Below, piece by piece: positions 1-7,135 of a DNA stretch of 54,532 nt; position 1 is the first letter of the stretch; each line of letters opens with the position of its first letter. The notes below the pieces were generated by a model. That model saw nothing but the letters and a program-made list of their open reading frames with translations, was not told where the DNA came from and searched no databases. Source of the DNA: a virus (taxonomy: Duplodnaviria; Caudoviricetes); IMG/VR virus record IMGVR_UViG_3300022752_000089, positions 1 to 54,532 of that record, one strand, 5' to 3'. Made by a program: the position numbers and the translations under genes.

Positions 1-62
1 AGACCAGTAGTACTCGCCTTTATTGACGGCGTAGAGAAGGACAAATTGTCAATAAAAATTTC

Positions 63-137
63 GGGGGATTAGTCTAATTGGGAAAACACTAGCCTTGCAC
101 GCTTGAGTCAGCGGTTCGATTCCGCTATCCTCCACCA
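63..137 (+). tRNA. tRNA-Ala(UGC)
   Basis: Cloverleaf, acceptor GGGGGAT/ATCCTCC with G3:U70, loop CTTGCAC, TTCGA T-loop, encoded CCA. Confidence 0.93.
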
Positions 138-141
138 ATTC

Positions 142-217
142 GGTGATGTAGCTCAACAGGCAGAGCAACTCCTTCATACGGAGAAGGTTGGGGGCTCGGT
201 TCCCTCCATCACCACCA
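142..217 (+). tRNA. tRNA with CAU anticodon (elongator Met or Ile2)
   Basis: Acceptor GGTGATG/CATCACC, loop TTCATAC, atypical T-loop CTCGGTT, CCA. Confidence 0.88.
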
Positions 218-221
218 ATAT

Positions 222-297
222 GGGTCTTTAGCTCAGTGAACAGAGCTCTTGGCTACGAACCAAGAGGTCGGGGGTTTGAATCCCTCAAGACCCTCCA
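222..297 (+). tRNA. tRNA-Arg(ACG)
   Basis: Acceptor GGGTCTT/AAGACCC, stem CTTGG/CCAAG, loop CTACGAA, CCA. Confidence 0.93.
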
Positions 298-304
298 TAA
301 ATAT

Positions 305-379
305 ACCGAGGTAGCTCAGTGGTAGAGCAGCGTCTTGATAAGGCGTTGGCCAAGAGTTCAATTCTCTTTCTCGGTACCA
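305..379 (+). tRNA. tRNA-Ile(GAU)
   Basis: Acceptor ACCGAGG/TCTCGGT, loop TTGATAA, CCA. Confidence 0.93.
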
Positions 380-382
380 AAT

Positions 383-458
383 ATCTCGCTAGCTCAATTG
401 GCAGAGCGCTGGTCTCCAAAACCAGAGGTTTGCGGTTCGACTCCGTAGCGGGATACCA
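383..458 (+). tRNA. tRNA-Trp(CCA)
   Basis: Acceptor ATCTCGC/GCGGGAT, stem CTGGT/ACCAG, loop CTCCAAA, CCA. Confidence 0.93.
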
Positions 459-479
459 ATTTTATAAAAGGTGATTAAT

Positions 480-962
480 ATGAAAAAGTTCGACATACAG
501 GAAGTAAAAGAATTCCTTGCAAGTCAAGGACCAGACACCAAAGTGTACCTTGGTGCAGACTCTGAACGTATTAGAGTTAACGGTGTTTGGTATGCTGATT
601 ATGCATTGGCTGTTGTAGTTCATATTGATGGCCGTCACGGTTGTAAAATCTTTGGTTTTGTTGACCGTGAATTAGATTACGACCACAAGAAAAGTAAACC
701 TGCAATGCGGTTAATGTCTGAAGTTTATAAAGTTTCAGAATTGTTCCAAAGTTTACAAGAAGTGTTAGAAGATTATCATGTTGAAGTTCATTTAGACTTA
801 AACAAATCCGATGAATTCGGAAGTTCTTGTGTTGTACAGCAAGCGATTGGTTATATCAAAGGTACCTGTAACATGACACCAATGGTTAAACCAGATGCAC
901 CTGCTGCAAGTTTCTGTGCTGACAGATTGAAAAGAATTCTGGCAGAACAAGAAGCCGTGTAA
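480..962 (+). CDS. RNase H-like YkuK/DUF458 family protein
   Basis: Motifs YLGADSE, RLMSEV, EVHLDLN, VKPDAPAASFCAD; SD AAGGTG before ATG 480. Confidence 0.8.
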   Translation: MKKFDIQEVKEFLASQGPDTKVYLGADSERIRVNGVWYADYALAVVVHIDGRHGCKIFGFVDRELDYDHKKSKPAMRLMSEVYKVSELFQSLQEVLEDYHVEVHLDLNKSDEFGSSCVVQQAIGYIKGTCNMTPMVKPDAPAASFCADRLKRILAEQEAV

Positions 963-965
963 TAT

Positions 966-1040
966 GGAGAAATTAGTTTAGTGGTAAAACCACGGGTTGT
1001 GATTCCGTTATCACCAGTTCGATCCTGGTATTTCTCCCCA
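966..1040 (+). tRNA. tRNA-His(GUG)
   Basis: G-1:C73 pair, loop TTGTGAT, TTCGATC T-loop, CCA. Confidence 0.93.
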
Positions 1041-1041
1041 T

Positions 1042-1116
1042 GCCTTGTTAACTCAGCGGTAGAGTGTCTCGTTTACACCGAGAAGGTCGGCAGTTCGATC
1101 CTGTCACAAGGTACCA
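1042..1116 (+). tRNA. tRNA-Val(UAC)
   Basis: Acceptor GCCTTGT/ACAAGGT, stem TCTCG/CGAGA, loop TTTACAC, CCA. Confidence 0.93.
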
Positions 1117-1120
1117 ATAT

Positions 1121-1196
1121 GCCGATATAGCTCAGGTGGTAGAGCAGCGGATTGAAAATCCGTGTGTCGTAAGTTCAACTCTTACTATTGGCACCA
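1121..1196 (+). tRNA. tRNA-Phe(GAA)
   Basis: Acceptor GCCGATA/TATTGGC, loop TTGAAAA, CCA. Confidence 0.93.
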
Positions 1197-1363
1197 TATG
1201 TTGTTAAAACAAATTCATCTTTTTTAGGTGGATTTGTTTTAGGAATAGTAGATAAAACAAACTCGGCTGGTTGACAATAAGAAGAACGTGTTTTATACTC
1301 CTCATTGGAGAATAAACGATATAAAATATCAACTGTAGATTGTTGTGAGTAAGGTATTGTCAT
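1175..1363 (-). CDS. small hypothetical protein antisense to the tRNA array
   Basis: 62-aa ORF fills a 180-nt gap in the array; AATAAATA (late-promoter-like) just upstream on the minus strand. Confidence 0.4.
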   Translation of the reverse strand: MTIPYSQQSTVDILYRLFSNEEYKTRSSYCQPAEFVLSTIPKTNPPKKDEFVLTTYGANSKS

Positions 1364-1377
1364 ATAAGTATTTATTT

Positions 1378-1454
1378 GCCCCGGTGACGGAATTGGTATA
1401 CGTGTTGGTCTTAGAAGCCAAATTTTAGGAGTTCGACTCTCCTCTGGGGCACCA
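1378..1454 (+). tRNA. tRNA-Leu(UAG), short variable region
   Basis: Acceptor GCCCCGG/CTGGGGC, loop CTTAGAA, only ~5 nt variable loop, CCA. Confidence 0.9.
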
Positions 1455-1459
1455 AATTT

Positions 1460-1534
1460 CTGGCGTTAGTATAATGGATAATACAGAAGGCTTCTACCCT
1501 TTTAATGTGGGTTCGATTCCTGCACGCCGGACCA
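1460..1534 (+). tRNA. tRNA-Arg(UCU)
   Basis: Acceptor CTGGCGT/ACGCCGG, stem GAAGG/CCTTT, loop CTTCTAC, CCA. Confidence 0.88.
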
Positions 1535-1538
1535 AGAT

Positions 1539-1621
1539 GCGAGTATGGGGGAATTGGTAGACCCAGCAGACTTAAAATTTGCCGCTTCGGCGTACCGGTT
1601 CGACTCCGGTTACTCGTACCA
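1539..1621 (+). tRNA. tRNA-Leu(UAA)
   Basis: Acceptor GCGAGTA/TACTCGT, loop CTTAAAA, long variable arm CGC-TTCG-GCG, CCA. Confidence 0.93.
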
Positions 1622-1632
1622 AAAAATAATGC

Positions 1633-1661
1633 TTGACTTCTTTAAAAGAAGCATATATAAT
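1633..1661 (+). promoter_or_regulatory. sigma70-type promoter
   Basis: TTGACT-17 nt-TATAAT upstream of tRNA-Gly. Confidence 0.8.
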
Positions 1662-1672
1662 ACACACATGAT

Positions 1673-1747
1673 GCGGGTATGGTGCTAGTGGTAACACAAG
1701 ACCTTGCCAAGGTTTAGTTGAGAGTTCGATTCTCTCTACCCGCTCCA
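1673..1747 (+). tRNA. tRNA-Gly(GCC)
   Basis: Acceptor GCGGGTA/TACCCGC, U73, loop TTGCCAA, CCA. Confidence 0.93.
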
Positions 1748-1767
1748 AGTAACTACAACAAATTTAT

Positions 1768-1841
1768 GCGGGATTAGTTTAATGGTAAAACAGCAGATTT
1801 CCAATCTTCGGTCATCAGTTCGATTCTGATATCCCGCTCCA
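1768..1841 (+). tRNA. tRNA-Gly(UCC)
   Basis: Acceptor GCGGGAT/ATCCCGC, U73, loop TTTCCAA, CCA. Confidence 0.92.
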
Positions 1842-1847
1842 TTATAT

Positions 1848-1916
1848 GCGGTTTGTAATAGTACGATATTGAGGTACCCCCTTTATATTATCTGAGCATA
1901 GCAGACAACCGCTCCA
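1848..1916 (+). ncRNA. non-canonical tRNA-Gly-like RNA
   Basis: Gly-type acceptor GCGGTT/AACCGC + T-CCA; 3-bp mini D-arm; long imperfect central stem with loop GTACCCC; TCTG/CAGA arm with non-consensus loop AGCATAG. Confidence 0.65.
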
Positions 1917-1931
1917 CTTTTTGAGGTCATT

Positions 1932-2177
1932 ATGAATATTAAACCATTGGGGAATAGAATCGTTGTTGAACGCCTTGAGGCTTCTAAAACAACCGAATCA
2001 GGCATCATTCTTAGAAGTACACCTGATCCAGATAGAGCCAAAGTTCTTGCAGTCGGACCATTGGTTGATGAAGTGGCAGTTGATGATGTTGTTCTATTGA
2101 ATTGGAACGCAGCAACAAAATCAGGTGACCATTATGTGGTTCCTATTGACCATGTAATTTTCATTTACGAGGAATAA
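1932..2177 (+). CDS. groES: GroES-family co-chaperonin
   Basis: IKPLGNRIVV...TTESGIIL...VLAVGP signature. Confidence 0.9.
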   Translation: MNIKPLGNRIVVERLEASKTTESGIILRSTPDPDRAKVLAVGPLVDEVAVDDVVLLNWNAATKSGDHYVVPIDHVIFIYEE

Positions 2178-2178
2178 A

Positions 2179-2367
2179 ATGTCTGATGGTGGCAAAGGTT
2201 CAAGTCCAAGGCCTTTTAGTGTTTCACAAGAAACATTTGCAAATAACTATGACAAGATTTTTAAAAAGCCTACTCAACAAGAATTAGATGATGATAAGGC
2301 TGAACAAGAAGAATTTGATAGAATTTTGGAAGAAAACAAAAGGCGCCAAAAAAGTATTGCGGGATAA
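2179..2367 (+). CDS. conserved phage hypothetical protein (GGKGSxPRP motif)
   Basis: SD GAGG, coupled to groES; last codons and stop lie inside the next tRNA. Confidence 0.75.
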   Translation: MSDGGKGSSPRPFSVSQETFANNYDKIFKKPTQQELDDDKAEQEEFDRILEENKRRQKSIAG

Positions 2368-2432
2368 CTCAGGAGTAGAGTAGCGGGCTCATAATCCGAA
2401 TGTCGGTGGTGCGAATCCATCTCCCGCAACCA
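2358..2432 (+). tRNA. tRNA-Met(CAU), initiator-like
   Basis: Acceptor TGCGGGA/TCCCGCA, G-run anticodon stem, loop CTCATAA, T-loop TGCGAAT, ACCA end. Confidence 0.87.
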
Positions 2433-2434
2433 AT

Positions 2435-2578
2435 TCAATGTTTTGTGTACCACCATACAAATGATAGTACCATAATTACTGCAATCAATCCAAAAGCCAA
2501 ATAATATAGAAAAAACTTCAGTAGGCCTATTACATCAAATACCCATTCCAAAAATGTGTATTCTTTTTCTTTTTTCAT
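2435..2578 (-). CDS. 47-aa membrane protein (not in ORF track)
   Basis: MKKEKEYTFLEWVFDVIGLLKFFLYYLAFGLIAVIMVLSFVWWYTKH; ATGA overlap with the upstream minus-strand gene. Confidence 0.7.
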   Translation of the reverse strand: MKKEKEYTFLEWVFDVIGLLKFFLYYLAFGLIAVIMVLSFVWWYTKH

Positions 2579-3396
2579 TTTGGTGTTATTAGTTCTTTAT
2601 TATTTTCGTATGCTTTTTCATCTAAATATTGGATGGCTTTTCTAATCTTTTCAGCTTCATATCTTTTTTGCTTTACTAGTTCTTCTCGGTAAGTTCTATC
2701 TTTCCATCTTTCTTGTTTGTCTAGATATAACCAGTACCAAAATATACCTAAAAAAATACATATAATCAACGCTGCTATAGCTAATCCAAATTCTAATTTA
2801 TATGTTTCAATTCTGTCAGTTCTTTTTTTGACTCTATCTTCTTCCTCTTTCATTTGTTTAGCAATAAGAACTTTTTGTTGAACACCCAACTCTTTAGTCA
2901 TTTCTTCAACTTCAGTAAATAAGGCACCAAGTTCTGGTGGACTTTGATATATCATCAATTCACGGAGTTCTGTACCCATTTGTTCTAATTGTTTTTTCAT
3001 TAGAACCCGTTTCAAAGCTCGTTTAGCTAAACTATCACCTCCAGAATATACTTCAGTTTTACTACGTTTTTCTTCTTCTTCTAAAACTGCTATACACTTA
3101 AAATAATTATCATAGTATTGACCAAGATAATCACCAATATCTGCATAGATATTAATAGTATCTTCACTCTTTTTATTCAATTCAACCACACGAGCTTTTT
3201 CTTCCACTAACTGTTTCTTTGCTGCGGGAGTTGCTGGTTTATCTGGTGGGTGTGCCTTGTGGAACTGGTCGTCCAAATCCTTGAGGACTGCTTTCACATC
3301 CCCAGCGGCACCTTTGATATCTTTATATAACTGACAACCTTTTTTCACAGCGGCAACTGCACCGTTGGCCAAGGCAAAGAGTGTGAACGGATCCAT
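2575..3396 (-). CDS. helical/coiled-coil protein with one transmembrane helix
   Basis: 273-aa ORF, amphipathic N-terminus MDPFTLFALANGAV, TM FGLAIAALIICIFLGIFWYWLY. Confidence 0.8.
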   Translation of the reverse strand: MDPFTLFALANGAVAAVKKGCQLYKDIKGAAGDVKAVLKDLDDQFHKAHPPDKPATPAAKKQLVEEKARVVELNKKSEDTINIYADIGDYLGQYYDNYFKCIAVLEEEEKRSKTEVYSGGDSLAKRALKRVLMKKQLEQMGTELRELMIYQSPPELGALFTEVEEMTKELGVQQKVLIAKQMKEEEDRVKKRTDRIETYKLEFGLAIAALIICIFLGIFWYWLYLDKQERWKDRTYREELVKQKRYEAEKIRKAIQYLDEKAYENNKELITPK

Positions 3397-3414
3397 TTTG
3401 TACCATTTTTTCTA

Positions 3415-3443
3415 TTGACAACATAATAAGAAAATGATATAAT
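3415..3443 (+). promoter_or_regulatory. consensus sigma70 promoter (extended -10) of the replication operon
   Basis: TTGACA-17 nt-TATAAT with TG at -15/-14. Confidence 0.88.
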
Positions 3444-3468
3444 GTTCGTTCAAGTCAAACTATATAAT

Positions 3469-3476
3469 TATTTATG
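3469..3476 (-). promoter_or_regulatory. T4-type late promoter candidate
   Basis: CATAAATA on the minus strand upstream of 3396 (T4 consensus TATAAATA). Confidence 0.55.
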
Positions 3477-3507
3477 TGGTATAACATATTAACACCAAAA
3501 GGATATT

Positions 3508-3819
3508 ATGAAAATTCTTGCTTTTAAACTCATTACCAACGAAGAACTTATTTCCGAAGTTGAATCAGAAACCGAAACCGAATTCGTATTGTGTAATCCA
3601 TTGGGTATTGCAATTGTACGTGGCAAAGACGGGCAACCTAACGTAGGTTTTGCACCATTTCCAATCCACTCAGAACAAAAAACAGGTTCTACTATTGCCA
3701 TTTCTAAGAAACATATAGTATACTCTTATGTGCCGGCAGAAGATTTCATTAAAAACTATGACCAAATCTTTGGTGCAGGCATTATTCTTCCAGGTCAACA
3801 ACAAATTATTACAGGTTAA
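3508..3819 (+). CDS. Sm-like fold conserved T4-like phage protein
   Basis: KLITNEELI...NP...GFAPF pattern; usual position before gp43 in aquatic T4-like phages. Confidence 0.7.
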   Translation: MKILAFKLITNEELISEVESETETEFVLCNPLGIAIVRGKDGQPNVGFAPFPIHSEQKTGSTIAISKKHIVYSYVPAEDFIKNYDQIFGAGIILPGQQQIITG

Positions 3820-5108
3820 TGTCAAGTTTCTACACAAATGTCCAGTCTATCGCTGGCAATATTCTCTATCGTGGTGTTCTGGATGGTAAAAGAGTAAAAC
3901 AGAAGATTGAATACTCACCATCATTATACATTTCAACCAACAAGAAAACTGAATATCGTTCACTTGATGGTGAACCACTCATGCGTAAACTTTTTGGTAA
4001 TATCTACGAAGCCAAAGACTACCTAGACAAATTCAAAGATGTAAGTAATACCAGAATCTTTGGTAATACAAGGTATGAATATGCCTATATTGCTGAACAT
4101 CATCCTGACATGGTTGAATGGGACCAAGATAAGATTCTTGTTGCTGTAGTTGACATTGAAGTGGGTTCGGAGAATGGTTTTCCTGACCCCTACAATGCGA
4201 ATGAACCAATCACAGCTATTGCTATCACTTATATTGGTCAACCACCAATTGTTCTTGGATGCGGTGACTATGAGGTTCAAGGTAATGAGACTTATATCAA
4301 ATGCCGTGATGAATGGACACTCTGTAAGAAATTTATTGAATTATGGTCACGCAAATGTCCAGATGTTATCACTGGCTGGAATACCAAGTTCTTTGATATT
4401 CCATATTTGATTAACCGATTCAATAAGATTCTCGGTGAAGATGAAACAAAAAAATTATCTCCTTGGAACTTCATCAAAAATCGTACAACTAACATCAACG
4501 GGCGTCAACTGATTGCATATGAAATTGTTGGTGTTGCTTCACTTGATTACATTGAACTATACAAATGGTATGCTCCTGGTGGAAAGTCACAAGAATCCTA
4601 TCGTTTGGATAATATCGCACAAGTGGAACTTGGTGATGGCAAAATTTCTTATGATGAATTTGAAAACTTACATCAACTTTACAAACAGAATTACCAGAAG
4701 TTTATTGAATACAACATTAAAGACGTTGATTTGATTCTCCGTTTGGAAGATAAGTTGAAGTTGATTGAGTTGGCTTTGACTTTGGCATATGATACAAAAT
4801 CAAACTACGAAGATGTATTTGCACAAACTCGTATGTGGGATTCTATGACGTATTCCTATTTGCTCAAACAAAACATTATTGTTCCGCCAAAAATTACACA
4901 AGAAAAAGATTCTGCTTTTGAAGGTGCATATGTTAAAGATGTACAAGTTGGTCTACATGATTTTGTGGCCAGTTTTGACCTAAATTCACTTTACCCCCAC
5001 CTTATGATGCAATATTCCATTTCACCCGAAAATCTTGTGGAAAGAAGTTATATTGAAGATAGAAAACAAAAACTAATTCAGGAGTTAAAGTCGAGAAATA
5101 CTAAATAA
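3819..5108 (+). CDS. gp43: DNA polymerase B, N-terminal half (gp43A: exonuclease + start of palm)
   Basis: Exo motifs DIEV, GWNTKFFD, YNIKD; pol motif A SFDLNSLYPH; ends shortly after SISPEN. Confidence 0.95.
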   Translation: MSSFYTNVQSIAGNILYRGVLDGKRVKQKIEYSPSLYISTNKKTEYRSLDGEPLMRKLFGNIYEAKDYLDKFKDVSNTRIFGNTRYEYAYIAEHHPDMVEWDQDKILVAVVDIEVGSENGFPDPYNANEPITAIAITYIGQPPIVLGCGDYEVQGNETYIKCRDEWTLCKKFIELWSRKCPDVITGWNTKFFDIPYLINRFNKILGEDETKKLSPWNFIKNRTTNINGRQLIAYEIVGVASLDYIELYKWYAPGGKSQESYRLDNIAQVELGDGKISYDEFENLHQLYKQNYQKFIEYNIKDVDLILRLEDKLKLIELALTLAYDTKSNYEDVFAQTRMWDSMTYSYLLKQNIIVPPKITQEKDSAFEGAYVKDVQVGLHDFVASFDLNSLYPHLMMQYSISPENLVERSYIEDRKQKLIQELKSRNTK

Positions 5109-5131
5109 GTATATGTGGTTACTTATTAGGA
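5100..5131 (+). promoter_or_regulatory. late promoter plus SD-sequestering hairpin for the HNH gene
   Basis: ACTAAATA overlaps the gp43A stop; CTAAATAAGTA/TACTTATTAG inverted repeat reaches into SD AGGAG. Confidence 0.65.
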
Positions 5132-5137
5132 GAATCA

Positions 5138-5671
5138 ATGAAATACAATATTACCAAAGATAAACTCTACGATTTGTTTATTACCAAAAATATGAGAAGA
5201 AGTGAGGTTGCTGAATATTTTGGTTGTTCGGATGCCAATATTAAAAAATACCTACAAAAATTTGACATAAAGAAACCTTTTGTGTTAGAATGTAAGAATA
5301 AAGAACGAAAAGCTTTATTAAATTGTTTGCATTGTGGTAACGAATATGAAACGCAGAAGTTTCGGACTGAAAGTGAGAAATATGATTCAAAATATTGTAG
5401 TTATTCATGTGCTCAAAAAAGTAGGTATTTGGGTGAAGAACATAAACGTAGAATTAGAAATGAGATTGCCGCAAGGCGTAGAGCGAGAATACGGAATCAA
5501 ACTCCAAAATTAAGTAAAAAAGAAAAGAAGAAATTACAGGAATATTATTTGATTTGTCCTAAAGGACATGAAGTAGACCATATACATCCTATTGCAAAAG
5601 GTGGTTTACATCATCCTGATAATTTACAGATATTGACTAAAACCGAAAACAGAAGGAAATGGATAAAATGA
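5138..5671 (+). CDS. free-standing HNH homing endonuclease
   Basis: N-terminal HTH-like segment, CLHCG...YCSYSC Zn motif, HEVDHIHPIAKGGLHHPDNLQILTKTEN. Confidence 0.92.
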   Translation: MKYNITKDKLYDLFITKNMRRSEVAEYFGCSDANIKKYLQKFDIKKPFVLECKNKERKALLNCLHCGNEYETQKFRTESEKYDSKYCSYSCAQKSRYLGEEHKRRIRNEIAARRRARIRNQTPKLSKKEKKKLQEYYLICPKGHEVDHIHPIAKGGLHHPDNLQILTKTENRRKWIK

Positions 5672-5775
5672 CAAAACTTGAAATGGAATTTATGTGGGAA
5701 GGAATTTTTGCTATCGGTAAAGGTGTGACTTATCTTTTGGCAATGGCGTGTATGGTCAAGTATTTGTGGAATTAA
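5668..5775 (+). CDS. 35-aa hydrophobic micro-protein (not in ORF track)
   Basis: MTKLEMEFMWEGIFAIGKGVTYLLAMACMVKYLWN; ATGA overlap with HNH, ends 1 nt before the gp43B ATG. Confidence 0.65.
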   Translation: MTKLEMEFMWEGIFAIGKGVTYLLAMACMVKYLWN

Positions 5776-5776
5776 A

Positions 5777-7135
5777 ATGTTTAATGATGTAAAAAAATTA
5801 ACTACTGAAGAACTACAAAAAGAACTTCAGGCTATAGAATTATTCAAACAAGAAATTGATAAGGTTAATGTGGATAGTTTATTATCCAAATCAATTAATA
5901 CTTCTTTTCTCGGTCCAATGAAATGCACTATCACACCTAATGGTCAACTGTTCAGAATTGACAAACAAGGCTTCTTACCTGCTATGATGGAAGAAATGTA
6001 TGAAGATAGAAAGAAGTTTAAGAATCTGATGATTCAGGCCAAAAAAGAATATGAGGTCGAAAAAGATGAATCTAAAAAATATGAAATTGAAAAACGTATT
6101 GCCAGATATGACAACTTACAGTTGGCTAAAAAGGTATCACTTAACTCTGCTTACGGTGCTCTTGGTTCTCAATATTTCAGGTTTTATGATTTACGTATGG
6201 CCTTGGGTGTAACCACTGCTGGTCAATTAAGTATTCGTTGGATTGAAAACAAAATCAATGAGTACATGAACAAACTATTATCTACAGAAGAAATTGATTA
6301 TGTTATCGCCTCGGACACAGACTCTATATATCTCAAGCTTGGTCCACTTGTTGATAAAGTGTATTCTAAAAAGACGGATGTTAATCAGCTTATCTCCTTC
6401 ATGGATCGTGTCTGTGAAGATAAGATTCAACCGTACATTGACAAGAGTTATCAGGAGCTTGCTACGTATGTCCATGCATACGACCAAAAAATGCAAATGA
6501 AACGAGAAGGTCTTGCCAACAAAGGTATCTGGATTGCCAAGAAACGTTACATTCTAAACATCTATAATAACGAAGGCGTTCAGTATGCAGAACCTAAGAT
6601 GAAAGTCATGGGTCTTGAGATGGTTAAATCATCTACACCTGCTGCCATTCGTGCCAAGATGAAAGATTCTATCAAGTTGATTATTAATGGTACAGAAGAA
6701 GATATCCATAAATTTATCGCTGACTTCAGAGAAGAATTCAGAAAGATGCCACCAGAAGAAATCTCTACACCACGTGGCATGAACGGATTAAAAACCTATA
6801 CTGATGCGGTATCAATGTATAAAAAAGGTACACCAATTCATGTGAAAGGTGCCATTCTGTATAATCACCACTTGAAACAACTTGGTTTAACCAAGAAATA
6901 TGAGTTGATTAAAGAGGGTGAGAAAATCAAATATACGTATTTGAAGATGCCAAATCCATTTAAAGAAACCGTTATCTCATATCCATCCAGATTGCCGAAA
7001 GAATTTGAGCTTGACAAGTATGTCGATTATGATTTACAATTCGATAAAACTTTCTTGGATCCAATTCGTGGTATTTTGGATTGCATCGGATGGAAAACTG
7101 AGAAAGGTAATTCTTTAGAGGACTTCTTTTCATGA
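5777..7135 (+). CDS. gp43: DNA polymerase B, C-terminal half (gp43B: fingers, palm, thumb)
   Basis: KVSLNSAYG, ASDTDS, KKRY motifs; C-terminal clamp-binding SLEDFF. Confidence 0.95.
   Translation: MFNDVKKLTTEELQKELQAIELFKQEIDKVNVDSLLSKSINTSFLGPMKCTITPNGQLFRIDKQGFLPAMMEEMYEDRKKFKNLMIQAKKEYEVEKDESKKYEIEKRIARYDNLQLAKKVSLNSAYGALGSQYFRFYDLRMALGVTTAGQLSIRWIENKINEYMNKLLSTEEIDYVIASDTDSIYLKLGPLVDKVYSKKTDVNQLISFMDRVCEDKIQPYIDKSYQELATYVHAYDQKMQMKREGLANKGIWIAKKRYILNIYNNEGVQYAEPKMKVMGLEMVKSSTPAAIRAKMKDSIKLIINGTEEDIHKFIADFREEFRKMPPEEISTPRGMNGLKTYTDAVSMYKKGTPIHVKGAILYNHHLKQLGLTKKYELIKEGEKIKYTYLKMPNPFKETVISYPSRLPKEFELDKYVDYDLQFDKTFLDPIRGILDCIGWKTEKGNSLEDFFS
7011..7040 (+). promoter_or_regulatory. internal sigma70-type promoter candidate
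   Basis: TTGACA-18 nt-TACAAT near the end of gp43B. Confidence 0.45.

Noticed and set aside
1460-1534. Amber suppressor (CUA) reading of the tRNA, implying recoding
   Set aside because: Only the CTTCTAC loop register gives a paired stem (anticodon UCU), and genes read intact in the standard code
5108-5777. Group I intron or split intein in gp43
   Set aside because: The gap is filled by two ORFs with no room for a ribozyme core; gp43A has no Cys-initiated intein N-part and gp43B has no His-Asn/Cys-Ser-Thr junction
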